Below, piece by piece: positions 28,316 through 38,197 of a stretch of DNA of 64,000 nucleotides; position 1 is the first letter of the stretch; every line of letters begins with the position of its first letter. Under the pieces are notes generated by a model that saw only the letters and a list, made by a program, of their open reading frames with translations, made no database searches and was not told the origin of the DNA. The position numbers and the translations under genes are program-made. The DNA comes from Patescibacteria group bacterium UBA6017 (lineage in GTDB: Bacteria; Patescibacteriota; Saccharimonadia; UBA4664): the NCBI GenBank assembly GCA_002429485.1, contig DIZX01000015.1, forward strand, positions 21,363 through 85,362. The letters are read 5' to 3'.

Positions 28316-29890
28316 ATGGATACTGCTCAACGCGACGATATCGAAGCTTCAACCGAAGGATTTGCCCTCCAGCTCGGATTACCCTACTTCGATACCCGTC
28401 CCAAAATTGACATCAAACCGCTCGTCGGCAAGCTCACCCTTGTCGGCATGGAGGCCTATGGCATCGTTCCCCTTCAGCTAGAGGGCAACGTATTTACAAT
28501 CGGCACCAGCGAAGAAACCGACCGCGACCAGCTCGAATCGCTGCGTCACCGCCTGGCCGGCTACCAGGTTCAATTCGCTTTTATCTCGCAATTTGGCTGG
28601 AACCGCCTATTCAACCGCTTCTCGGTCGCCAGCAACAACGACATTCTCGACAGCGGCAACTTTACCGCTATCAACCAGCAATTGCTCAATATTGAACCAA
28701 AATATATGTTCGAGCCTCTCGCCCAACTCGCCTTCCAGGTAGGTGCCTCAGACATCCACATAGAGCCTTCCGAGTACGATGCCAGGATTCGTTTCCGCAT
28801 CGACGGCACGCTCCACCCCATTACCACCCTGCCCAAGGATCGTTACGATCTCTTTGCCTCCGACCTGCAAATGCGCGCCGGCGTGAAATGGGGCGGCGAC
28901 GACCCTCAGGGCGGTCGAGTCAGCCTCAATATCATCAATGACGATGGCGATGAGGCCCAGCTCAACATGCGTCTCGAAACTATCCCCTCTCTCCATGGCG
29001 AAGATGTGGTAATCCGGTTATTTAACCTCAGTATTAAATACCTAACGTTGAAGAATTTACAACTTTCTAAGCATCATCAGGAAGTATTATTGCGCTGCGT
29101 GGCTCACCCCAGAGGCATGGTAATGGCCGTGGGGCCTACGGGATCAGGCAAAACGTCCACTCTGTATTCAATCATGAACCACCTCAACAATCCCGAGATC
29201 AAGATAGTTACCCTTGAAGATCCTATCGAATATGAGCTCGACGGCATATCCCAGGTACCCGTGCGTTCCGACGACCAAGAGCTCTTCATGAACAAACTCC
29301 GTGCCGTCTTACGCGAAGATCCCAACATCATTATGATCGGTGAAATCCGGGATGCTGACACCGCCAAAACCGCCCTCCAGGCCGCCCTCACCGGCCACCT
29401 AGTGCTCTCGACCTTCCACGCCACCAACGCCTCGGCCGCCATCTCACGCCTCATGGACATGATTGGCGAAAATGCCTTGTTGGCCTCCTCCGTTAAGCTG
29501 ATCATGGCTCAACGCCTTGTCCGCAAACTCTGCGACGTCTGCAAAAGCCACAGCCTTGCCACCAAAGCCGAGCTGCTCCAGATCAAGACGGCTCTCGATG
29601 GATTGCCCGAATCAGACTATCCATCTCTTGAGGGTCTCAAACTCTCGAAGCCGGTCGGCTGCCCCGCCTGCCATCACTTCGGATACAGCGGCCGGATCAA
29701 CATCGTCGAGCAGCTCGAAATTACTCCGAAAATGGAAGCCCTCATCGCCAAAGGCACCGCCACCACTTCAATCGCCATCGAACAGGCCGCCGTCAAAGAA
29801 GGTATGGTCACCATTCTGCAGGACGGCGTTCTCAAAGCCCTCCAAGGCATCACCACTCTCGAAGAAATCTACGTCCAAGTCGGCGAATAA
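28316..29890 (+). CDS. pilB: Type II/IV secretion system ATPase (PilB/GspE family)
   Basis: GspE N-domain, Walker A GPTGSGKTST, Asp box and His box (GEIRDADTAKTALQAALTGHLVLSTFHAT), C-terminal tetracysteine motif (CDVC...CPAC). Confidence 0.9.
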   Translation: MDTAQRDDIEASTEGFALQLGLPYFDTRPKIDIKPLVGKLTLVGMEAYGIVPLQLEGNVFTIGTSEETDRDQLESLRHRLAGYQVQFAFISQFGWNRLFNRFSVASNNDILDSGNFTAINQQLLNIEPKYMFEPLAQLAFQVGASDIHIEPSEYDARIRFRIDGTLHPITTLPKDRYDLFASDLQMRAGVKWGGDDPQGGRVSLNIINDDGDEAQLNMRLETIPSLHGEDVVIRLFNLSIKYLTLKNLQLSKHHQEVLLRCVAHPRGMVMAVGPTGSGKTSTLYSIMNHLNNPEIKIVTLEDPIEYELDGISQVPVRSDDQELFMNKLRAVLREDPNIIMIGEIRDADTAKTALQAALTGHLVLSTFHATNASAAISRLMDMIGENALLASSVKLIMAQRLVRKLCDVCKSHSLATKAELLQIKTALDGLPESDYPSLEGLKLSKPVGCPACHHFGYSGRINIVEQLEITPKMEALIAKGTATTSIAIEQAAVKEGMVTILQDGVLKALQGITTLEEIYVQVGE

Positions 29891-29906
29891 TTCCGCCGCC
29901 TCAGCT

Positions 29907-31781
29907 TTAGAATCCAGGCAGTACCTTCGTGTCCTGCAGCTCTGCCGGTACCGGATACCACTTCGGCGAACAGCCGCCGATGAGCAGACTAGGAGTCGAT
30001 AGTACTGTTGCCTGCGTGGCAGCCACACTACAAGTCGGATGTTCAAACCCCAACCACTGGCCCACCACATGGTTAATCAATTCCGTACGATAGCTGGTAG
30101 TATCTCCGGCCCAGCTCGAGGGAGCTTTCGCCCAGTTGTCGATTGCAATGGCCAGATCGTTATGAATTCTACAAGTCGATTGATGCTCACAGGCAGGATC
30201 CAGCGCCGCCATCACCGCTGTATTTGCCAGCCTCACGGTGAAATTACAGCCTGTCTTAGCTAGCGCAAAGTGCAACTTGCCGCCCAAGGTCCAGCTACCG
30301 CCAGCCCCCAGCGATGCAGCCGTAGCCGTGGCCAAAGTTGGCGCCGCGCCGGCAGTTTCATCGAGACAATAACTATAACTCGCCGCAGGACCGACCGCCG
30401 CCAGACTTCCCTGCGTCGGGCCGGCCGTTGGCTTCTTCGTTGAAGGCGAAAACGATACCCCCTGGCGCGCGTTGAGCGCCGCCACCACCGCGTTCACGGT
30501 TCCCGAACGGTCGAATGACCCCGGAATCGTTGCAACAAATACAGCAACCCCGGCAGTATCTACCGTAATGCCCTTACTCGGACCCTGGAATACCACCCAG
30601 CTCGCAATTTGAGCCGGCGTGGGTGAATATTTAGCCTTTTTTATCAATATCTGAACATTCGTTGTAATCATTGCCTGCGCTTGAGTTGCCTCATTGGCAT
30701 AATCAGCCGCTACCACGCTTGGTTCCAGCCGAACCGGATTAATACTGACCGTAGCTACATGGCCGTACGCGGCGCGAATCGCCGCTGCAGCCGCCGCTCG
30801 ATCTAGATGCACTCCGGACTTATCCGCCAATACAAATACGTCGACACCGTGAATCATTACCGCCGCGTTGCTCGGCGTACGCTCAACCGCCGCCGCCAAG
30901 ACCGCCACCGACCTGTCTACGGCATCATCGCTCAGCACAAATACCGGCGATATGGGCTTGGCAAAGAATGATCCGACTACTCCCGCCAAAGGTAGTGGCG
31001 TCAAGCGTCCGGCCTCACGTACATTGCGCTCGAGGTCAGCGTTGGTTCCGGACCCCACTTCGCCTAACGCTAGTGAATAGTGTCCCGCTCCCAACACCGC
31101 CGATAAAGCCGGCTTCGGTATGGCTTGTGGGAGCTTTTGATGCAGCTCATCAAACGTCCATCCTCCCACCGCCAGGTTATCAACGTGCACGCCCGGGTAT
31201 ACCCGATTCGCGTAAAACGTCCCGGCAGCTAGGTTGAGACCAACAAACAATCCGAGTCCGGCCAAGCCAATTGCCCAAGCCTTGGCCATGCCCTTTTCGA
31301 CCACCCTTGCGCCCGTCGACACCGTTGGCATCACGCTTGCGGCCACCCGCGCGTTTGGCGTCGGATCCGGCACGGCCTCCGGGACAGGCGCCGATGCTGA
31401 TGCAGGCACCAAAGCCGGCACCGAGATTGGCGCCGGGTGCTCTATCGGTATCGGTACCGGCATCACCAATGCTCCATTGGTCGCAACCGGCCGTGGCGGT
31501 GCCATCACTGCGCGTAACGACAAAAACGTGTGCCCTGGCTTCTTCGCCGGCTCGCCTGCAGCTACGGGCACCTCTTCCGCCGCCCCAGCCGTATCTTTAA
31601 AGACAATATCGCCGTCCGTCGCATCCAACAACGCCCGCTTTAAGAGCGGATCGGTAGTATCTTCAAATTTGAGTGCCTCGGAATTATCTGCCGACGTCAC
31701 GCGCTGCGCTTCGCCGCATTGCAAACAAAACATCTCCCCTGCTACGGGTAATAATATTGCTTGGCATACAGAACATTTCAT
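29907..31781 (-). CDS. Zinc-ribbon / TM / YoaR-VanW-like domain protein, paralogous to the N-terminal part of the 39..1472 gene
   Basis: N-terminal CxxC...CxxC ribbon, Ala/Pro-rich linker, TM helix. Segment VYPGVHVDNLAVGGWTFDE is homologous to ILPGVVVAGKNLGGLTLAQA of the first ORF. C-terminus has an HxxGxxxGxEH-like motif. Confidence 0.5.
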   Translation of the reverse strand: MKCSVCQAILLPVAGEMFCLQCGEAQRVTSADNSEALKFEDTTDPLLKRALLDATDGDIVFKDTAGAAEEVPVAAGEPAKKPGHTFLSLRAVMAPPRPVATNGALVMPVPIPIEHPAPISVPALVPASASAPVPEAVPDPTPNARVAASVMPTVSTGARVVEKGMAKAWAIGLAGLGLFVGLNLAAGTFYANRVYPGVHVDNLAVGGWTFDELHQKLPQAIPKPALSAVLGAGHYSLALGEVGSGTNADLERNVREAGRLTPLPLAGVVGSFFAKPISPVFVLSDDAVDRSVAVLAAAVERTPSNAAVMIHGVDVFVLADKSGVHLDRAAAAAAIRAAYGHVATVSINPVRLEPSVVAADYANEATQAQAMITTNVQILIKKAKYSPTPAQIASWVVFQGPSKGITVDTAGVAVFVATIPGSFDRSGTVNAVVAALNARQGVSFSPSTKKPTAGPTQGSLAAVGPAASYSYCLDETAGAAPTLATATAASLGAGGSWTLGGKLHFALAKTGCNFTVRLANTAVMAALDPACEHQSTCRIHNDLAIAIDNWAKAPSSWAGDTTSYRTELINHVVGQWLGFEHPTCSVAATQATVLSTPSLLIGGCSPKWYPVPAELQDTKVLPGF

Positions 31782-31842
31782 AAGGTTTGTTTTTGGGTAA
31801 TCTTCTTATGTCTATCCTAGCACAAACCGCATCAATTCGTAC

Positions 31843-32655
31843 CTATTTGTACCCGAGTTGCCCCAGCCACACCATCGCCCCGCGAATTCCCCCCTCATCA
31901 CCGAGCGTAGCCAGTTCCAGCCTGGGCCATTGCTCGAGCACATTCGGCAGCTCATGAAGGGCCTCTGCTACCCCCTCAACCTTGATATCGCGCATCATAC
32001 TGCCGCCAATCACCACCAATTCCGGGTTCCAATACAGAATAGTGTTGTAAATTCCGACCGCCAGTGAGCGCTCAAGTTCCCGCCAAACGGTCTCATCATG
32101 AATATCGTGCGGCAATTTGCCCGTCCGCTTCTCCAGAGCAGCTCCGCCAATTAACGGCTCAAGCGACTGCGGCTCCCCATCAACATTGCCCACAATCTGC
32201 TTACCCAGCTCATAACGCCCCACCGAACGATCCACCTCACCGTCCAGCAAGCGCACCGCGTTCACGCCCGTACTCACGGTATAATACGCCATAATGCCCT
32301 TAGTCGTTCCGGAGCCGTACTTCGCCTCACCGAGCCCGCACAGCTCAACGTCGTTAGTGATGTGCACGGGGCAATCAAATAATTCCTTCAGCTCTTTTAG
32401 CAGTAGCTGTCCGCGCCAATGAGGCAAGTTGGTTGCCACCACCAATTCACCGTCTTCGCCCTGCAATTGGCCCGGAAATCCGCCCGCCACCGCATCAATG
32501 CGCTGACCCTTGACCACTTCTTGGAGCGTCAGCAAAAATTTGCCAAATCCCGCCGCGCTGCGATCGGTCGACACGCGCAGCACCTCTCCGATCACGCCAT
32601 TTTCTGCCAAAGCTACCCGCATTTTGGTACCGCCCAAATCAAAAATCAAAATCAT
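31843..32655 (-). CDS. ROK-family sugar kinase (glucokinase-like)
   Basis: N-terminal ILIFDLGGTKMRVAL ATP-binding motif. ROK-like central region. Confidence 0.7.
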   Translation of the reverse strand: MILIFDLGGTKMRVALAENGVIGEVLRVSTDRSAAGFGKFLLTLQEVVKGQRIDAVAGGFPGQLQGEDGELVVATNLPHWRGQLLLKELKELFDCPVHITNDVELCGLGEAKYGSGTTKGIMAYYTVSTGVNAVRLLDGEVDRSVGRYELGKQIVGNVDGEPQSLEPLIGGAALEKRTGKLPHDIHDETVWRELERSLAVGIYNTILYWNPELVVIGGSMMRDIKVEGVAEALHELPNVLEQWPRLELATLGDEGGIRGAMVWLGQLGYK

Positions 32656-34292
32656 GACTTATCCCCCTGCATCAGTTCATATACTCGGCCTTCGTACGAC
32701 CCCAATTCCAGCTCTCCCGCAACGCCCGACAGGCCATCCCCTTCAACTTTATGTGTTCCGGCCACCCACTTGCCCACTTGTCCGCGCAAAGTAACGGTTG
32801 CCGGATTGAAATCAAAATTCAACATCACCAAAAATTTCTGCCTTTCGGTTTCTCTCACGTACCCATAGACATAGCCGTTACCAAGATCAACCGAACGGTA
32901 ATCGCCCTCAATCAGTGCCGGCGACTCCGCTCGTAAATGTATCAAGTGTTGATATAAATTCAACGATGACTCCGGATCACGCCGCTCACTCTCAACATTT
33001 AGGCTGGCGGAAGCCGACCCCATTGGCAGCCATGGCGTCGCATCGGTAAATCCGCCGCCATTCTCGCTATTCCAGGGCATCGGCGTACGTTCCGGATCGC
33101 GGCCATACCCCCGGCCCGTTACCCGCTGCTCCCAGGGATCGCGAACCTCAGTCGGTCCGATCGGAGTGTCCGGCAGCCCCAACTCTTCACCGTAGTAAAC
33201 CACCGCGAGACCACGCATCGTCATTTCGAGCACCGCCATCAGCCTGGCTCTTTCCGGGCCCAACCTCGAAACCAACCTATGCCGGTCATGGTTCCCCAGC
33301 ACGTAATTTGGCCAGTCTTCCGGTCCGAGTATGGCTTCATAAGAATCAATAAAATCCCGGTACGCCACTGCGCTCCAAGGCAAACCGATCAGATTGAAAT
33401 TGAAAGGCGCATGCACCGGATGACGTACGCAAGCCCCGTACATTTTATGCAGGCCCGGCACATTCAAATATGCCTCACTCAGCAGGAACTTATTCTCCTT
33501 CTCGGCCAGTACATCACAAAACGACCCGAGCACGTTGCTCAGCTCTCTCTGGCCCGAGCTGTGAATCCGGATGAATTCATCGCCCGGATCGTTCACTCCC
33601 GCCCGCCAGTTCGGATTCGGCGCATCATCGCGCAGCTGATCATCCTTCACCAAGCCCATCACCGCGTCGGTACGGAATCCATCCACCCCTTTATTCAGCC
33701 AAAACCTCAATACATCGAACATCGCATCCCGGACGTCCGCGTTGCGCCAGTTCAAGTCCGGCTGCTGGGGCAAGAAAGTATGCAAATAGTACTGGCCCGT
33801 CTTCTTATCCAAACTCCAGGCCGGCCCGCCGAAATAACTCACCCAATTATTCGGGTATCCGCCATCCTTGCCCGGATCGGCCCAAATATACCAGTCACGT
33901 TTGGGATTATCCTGACTGGCGCGGGACTGAGTAAACCATTTATGAAGCTCAGAGGTATGATTGGGCACAAAATCCAACAGCAATTTCACGCCGCGCTCAT
34001 GGGCCTTCTCCAGCAACTCATCAAAATCAGCCATCGTCCCAAACCGCGGATCAATCGCCGTATGATCGGCCACATCGTAGCCCCAATCCGCCATCGGCGA
34101 TAAATATATCGGCGACAACCACAGCGCCGTTATGCCGAGCGAGTCGGAATTACCATTATTTAGGTAGTCCAGATGATCAATAATACCGCGGATATCACCG
34201 TAGCCATCGCCATTCGAATCAGCAAAGCTTAAGGGGTACAAATGGTAGAGCGTCGCTCGGCGATACCACGGATCTTTTGGTGGTGGTTCCAT
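32652..34292 (-). CDS. GH13 alpha-glucosidase (oligo-1,6-glucosidase / trehalose-6-phosphate hydrolase-like)
   Basis: GH13 regions I-IV: DFVPNHTS, GVDGFRTDAV, EAY..., YVLGNHD. N-terminal YHLYPLSFADSNGDGYGD. Confidence 0.9.
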   Translation of the reverse strand: MEPPPKDPWYRRATLYHLYPLSFADSNGDGYGDIRGIIDHLDYLNNGNSDSLGITALWLSPIYLSPMADWGYDVADHTAIDPRFGTMADFDELLEKAHERGVKLLLDFVPNHTSELHKWFTQSRASQDNPKRDWYIWADPGKDGGYPNNWVSYFGGPAWSLDKKTGQYYLHTFLPQQPDLNWRNADVRDAMFDVLRFWLNKGVDGFRTDAVMGLVKDDQLRDDAPNPNWRAGVNDPGDEFIRIHSSGQRELSNVLGSFCDVLAEKENKFLLSEAYLNVPGLHKMYGACVRHPVHAPFNFNLIGLPWSAVAYRDFIDSYEAILGPEDWPNYVLGNHDRHRLVSRLGPERARLMAVLEMTMRGLAVVYYGEELGLPDTPIGPTEVRDPWEQRVTGRGYGRDPERTPMPWNSENGGGFTDATPWLPMGSASASLNVESERRDPESSLNLYQHLIHLRAESPALIEGDYRSVDLGNGYVYGYVRETERQKFLVMLNFDFNPATVTLRGQVGKWVAGTHKVEGDGLSGVAGELELGSYEGRVYELMQGDKS

Positions 34293-34339
34293 TGATCCAT
34301 TGTATCAAACCGTAACCACTTCACAAATTGCTGCCAAAA

Positions 34340-35695
34340 TTACAGCAATGGGCGTTTTGGTAGAGCCGTATTTAGCTTAATACCGACCTTACGCAGAGTT
34401 TTGCGCGGATTGCGAACCAACTGCGTCAGCGGCGATACCGCCACCACGCTGCTTCGGATCACCGGCAGCTCATCCGGGCCCAAATACTTCTGACAAAAGT
34501 ACGAAAATACCGCGTTCGTCCAACCAAACCCGGACTGCGACGGGTAGACACCCTCTACCGGCTCATCTTCGATCTTTACGACGTTATATTTCTCATAAAA
34601 TTCACCCGTGGCTTCAAATTGTACCAAGTTGGCGTTGATCCATTTACGGGCAATCCTCTCCGCCTGCTCGTGGTAGCCGTATCGCTCCATCGCCTGAGTG
34701 GCAATCATTTGGAGCGGCGCCCAACCATTGGGATACGCCCATTGGGTAGGTATCTCCGATCTGATGTGCGGCTTTTCGGCGCTCGTGGTCAAACCCCCGG
34801 CACTCTCGAACCGGTCCAAATGTTCCATGATCTTGGCAGCCGTTTCGGCGCTATCCATTCCGGCCCACATCGGGTAAAACGCCGCCAGAGAAAATACCGG
34901 GCTATGCTTCGATGTCATGTAGTTGTAGTCAAAGTAAAAGTTTTTGTCTTCATCCCACAGGTACTTATCCATGCTCGCTTTGCGCGACATTGCCCGCTTC
35001 GCCCACTCATGAGCTTCCTCGGTATAGCCCAATATCTTGGATGATTCCTCGAAATCCCGCTCGTATTTATACAGCAGCGCGTTCAGGTCCACCGGCAGAT
35101 ATGACAGCGCTTTGCGCTCAAACCTAGTCGTCATATCCCAGCCGCTCTCGGCCTCGGCCAGATCGTCCAACACGTTTATATCGTAAAACCTCGACAGCCC
35201 GTGAAACACTTGCCGCCAGCTTGGCTGAGTTGTGCCCATCCATACGGTCCGATACTCATTCTTGGCCACCGTGATCGCCTGCTCCAGCCAGCGCTTATCC
35301 TTTTCGATCTTGTACGCATCCATAATAAAGCTCGACAAAAACGGCGGTTGCGACCGGCCGGTCATGTAGAAGCGTCCGGAATTAGGAATTACCGCAAACC
35401 GTCTCATCATCGTAATCAAGTTATCGGCCATACCCCGTACTCGATGTTCCCTCGGTGTACCGAGCAGACCCTGAGCAATAAAGTAACTATCCCAGTAGTA
35501 CATTTCATCAAACGCAAACCCGGTATCGTTCCGTGCGCTCGGGATGAAATACGGCTCGGGCAAGCCAATGAGAGTCCCGTCGTCATGAGGATTATAGCGT
35601 TCGAGTTTCTTCCAATAAACGTCGATATACTCGAGCGACGGCCGCAATCGTTCCTGAGTAAATACCGGACCCAGTTGTGTAGTTGTCGTGCTCAT
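34340..35695 (-). CDS. Trehalase (GH37)
   Basis: GH37 signatures DEMYYWDSYF and QWAYPNGWAPLQ. Confidence 0.85.
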   Translation of the reverse strand: MSTTTTQLGPVFTQERLRPSLEYIDVYWKKLERYNPHDDGTLIGLPEPYFIPSARNDTGFAFDEMYYWDSYFIAQGLLGTPREHRVRGMADNLITMMRRFAVIPNSGRFYMTGRSQPPFLSSFIMDAYKIEKDKRWLEQAITVAKNEYRTVWMGTTQPSWRQVFHGLSRFYDINVLDDLAEAESGWDMTTRFERKALSYLPVDLNALLYKYERDFEESSKILGYTEEAHEWAKRAMSRKASMDKYLWDEDKNFYFDYNYMTSKHSPVFSLAAFYPMWAGMDSAETAAKIMEHLDRFESAGGLTTSAEKPHIRSEIPTQWAYPNGWAPLQMIATQAMERYGYHEQAERIARKWINANLVQFEATGEFYEKYNVVKIEDEPVEGVYPSQSGFGWTNAVFSYFCQKYLGPDELPVIRSSVVAVSPLTQLVRNPRKTLRKVGIKLNTALPKRPLL

Positions 35696-35887
35696 TCCAA
35701 ATAGTCGTCCCGGCGATGCTTATGTTTAATAATGTATATCTTCCCGACCCGCCTGCATAGCAATGTCTGGGATACTGTAAACAATAAGCGTCCCGGCACT
35801 CGTGCAAACGACCCTCGGGACGCATCTCTTTAACTCCAAACTACCCGCCGACAGTAGTGGTGTCAACCCGTAAAACGATATGGCTCC

Positions 35888-36991
35888 CTATTGCGTCGGG
35901 GTAGCATCCGCGGACGTAAAGATCGTCTTAATCTTGTCCGAAATCGTTGTAAAATTTCCGCCAATCGGCAGCAGATCGCTCGAACCATATGGATCGCCGC
36001 GTAGGTACCCGCCGAGCGACGTCGATAGCACCAGGTCTACTGGCTGATTGGCCGAATCCGTCCGCCAGCTATTGGCCAGTTCGAGCAGTTGGAACAACCC
36101 CAGGTCGGTCTTAATACCTTTGCTCGTTGCGTCTGCCAGACGCTTTAGTTTGGTCGGGCTCAACAGCAGTCGCGGATCCATCAGCTTCGGCCGCAGGAGC
36201 GACAACAGTTCCTGCTGTCTGGCCGCCCGGCCAAAATCATTCCCGCAGGTGCCTTTGCGGCAGCGTACATACTGCAGCGCCACGGTTCCGTTCATGTGCT
36301 GCAGGCCCGGCTCAATATCCAATCCGCAGACTTTGTACTGATTGTCGTCGCACGGGTATTCGCTGTCGACCAGCCGGTCCTTCACATTAACGTCCACCCC
36401 TCCCACCGCATCCACCAAATCCTTGAGACCGCTGAAGTTCGTCTTCACGTAGTAATTAATCGGCACATCAAATGTGTCACTCACGGTCTGTTCCGCCAGA
36501 GCCACTCCGCCGAGCGCATTGGCAGTATTGATTTTATTATAGCCAAATCCCGGTACCGACACCCGCAGGTCCCGTGGAATACTAATCTCGGCCATCCGCT
36601 TGGTTCGCCCGTCCAGGCTCAAAAGCATCATGGTATCCGATAGGTTCTCGCCCGCATGACCCGGATCCCCCACGCCCAGGACGAGCACGTTCGTCCGCCC
36701 GTTCACATCCGCCGCCAAAGCACCAAGTTGCATCGAATTCGTAGATATTTTTACAACTATAGACCCCAAGTAGGCGGCATATGCCAGCGCCGCAGCCAAC
36801 AATAATAGGACCAAAACCAGTAGCATCCGCCCCCAGCCGCGTTTGCGTCTTGGCAGCTTAGCCACCCGCCGCGGCGCTCCGAGCGGCCTATAACCATCCT
36901 CCCCTGGCCCGCCGGCCGCGGATTGAGGTGTATATGGACTCGCATCCGGATGCTTGAAACGTCCTGCTTCCTGCTCGGGATCAGTTTCCAT
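35888..36991 (-). CDS. LytR-CpsA-Psr (LCP) family cell-wall glycopolymer transferase
   Basis: TM anchor followed by LCP core (DTMMLLSLDGRTKRMAEISIPRDL ... YNKINTANALGG ... LVDAVGGVDVNV). Confidence 0.85.
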   Translation of the reverse strand: METDPEQEAGRFKHPDASPYTPQSAAGGPGEDGYRPLGAPRRVAKLPRRKRGWGRMLLVLVLLLLAAALAYAAYLGSIVVKISTNSMQLGALAADVNGRTNVLVLGVGDPGHAGENLSDTMMLLSLDGRTKRMAEISIPRDLRVSVPGFGYNKINTANALGGVALAEQTVSDTFDVPINYYVKTNFSGLKDLVDAVGGVDVNVKDRLVDSEYPCDDNQYKVCGLDIEPGLQHMNGTVALQYVRCRKGTCGNDFGRAARQQELLSLLRPKLMDPRLLLSPTKLKRLADATSKGIKTDLGLFQLLELANSWRTDSANQPVDLVLSTSLGGYLRGDPYGSSDLLPIGGNFTTISDKIKTIFTSADATPTQ

Positions 36992-37075
36992 GCACTTTTG
37001 CTCCTTGTAGTGACCTACTTAGTTATGGCCGCCCCGTACAGTTCGGAGCCTCACGCGTAATCGTAACACAATGAA

Positions 37076-37513
37076 TTAGGGCAATTGCTGTTTGGAGAAA
37101 TCAGCCATGCCTATTCCCCCGCTCGAATTACGAAAAAGCTCAAACAGCACCTTGGTATGTCCGACCGTAAACGTCACAAAATTGACCTCATTAATAGTCT
37201 CCACCACCGGCATGGTAGCCTCGTCGACCGTCACCCCATACCCATCTTTGGCCACCGCCCTGAGGATATCAACCACCAGCGTATCGTCGGGTGGCAGCGA
37301 CGGATCAAATTCCACCCGTTTCATATTTCGACTCGTGAGATTTGATATGCCGTAAAGATACTTACCCAAGTTACCGCGCACCACGTGGACTGGCGCTGGT
37401 GTAGCCGCAGGTGCTTTCGGGATAAGCTCCAGCCCGCCGGCCGCAACAAACAACCCCCCGACAACAAGCGCCGTCACTATGGCTCCCAGACAATACCGCC
37501 AACGCTCCGTCAT
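37076..37513 (-). CDS. Membrane-anchored hypothetical protein
   Basis: N-terminal TM helix. Operonic with the upstream FKBP gene (4-nt overlap). Confidence 0.4.
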   Translation of the reverse strand: MTERWRYCLGAIVTALVVGGLFVAAGGLELIPKAPAATPAPVHVVRGNLGKYLYGISNLTSRNMKRVEFDPSLPPDDTLVVDILRAVAKDGYGVTVDEATMPVVETINEVNFVTFTVGHTKVLFELFRNSSGGIGMADFSKQQLP

Positions 37514-38169
37514 TGTACCGACACCAGTTCGACATCAAACACCAATACCGAGTTTGCCGGTATCCCATTGTATACCGTCGCACCATAGCCCTTGGACGGC
37601 GGCACAATCACCCTGCGTTTCCCGCCCGCCTTCATTCCCAATAAACCCTCTTCCCAGCCCGGAATAACGTGATGATCACCTTCCTTGAAGCTAAAGCTCT
37701 GGCCACGCGAATACGATTCGTCAAACAGTTTGCCATTCGTCAGCCACCCCCGGTAATTCACGGTCACTATACTGCCCGCCGCCACCGCCGCGCCCTGACC
37801 GGCCACAAAATCTCCGTACATTGCCGTCTCGCTGCTGCTGTACTTCTCGTACTTACTCAGCTCATCGGCATTCGGGGTGGCGCTCGGGGCCGCCGTACGC
37901 GAGTCGGAACCGCTATTGGTTTTTGAGTTATCCGGCAACAGCATCTGCGTACCGCCGCCGTTGGCACCCACCGACTCTGGGCTAGCCACCCTTAAGCCCG
38001 GCTCGACGGCCGGAACAGGCGTAGGCGAGGTATCGAGCGCCACTAAGCCGGGTTTAGCCGATACCGGGACGTTATCACTTCGTTGCCAGTAGAGCACACC
38101 AACAACACCCAGCCCCACGAACACCCCCGTGACCACCGCCAAACCCCCGACTTTATACATCTTAAGCAT
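37510..38169 (-). CDS. Membrane-anchored FKBP-type peptidyl-prolyl cis-trans isomerase
   Basis: C-terminal FKBP domain (GSIVTVNYRGWLTNGKLFDSS ... VIPGWEEGLLGMKAGGKRRVIVPP ... LVFDVELV). N-terminal TM. Confidence 0.9.
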   Translation of the reverse strand: MLKMYKVGGLAVVTGVFVGLGVVGVLYWQRSDNVPVSAKPGLVALDTSPTPVPAVEPGLRVASPESVGANGGGTQMLLPDNSKTNSGSDSRTAAPSATPNADELSKYEKYSSSETAMYGDFVAGQGAAVAAGSIVTVNYRGWLTNGKLFDESYSRGQSFSFKEGDHHVIPGWEEGLLGMKAGGKRRVIVPPSKGYGATVYNGIPANSVLVFDVELVSVQ

Positions 38170-38197
38170 TATGGCGATTGTAGCAGATCACCGGCCC

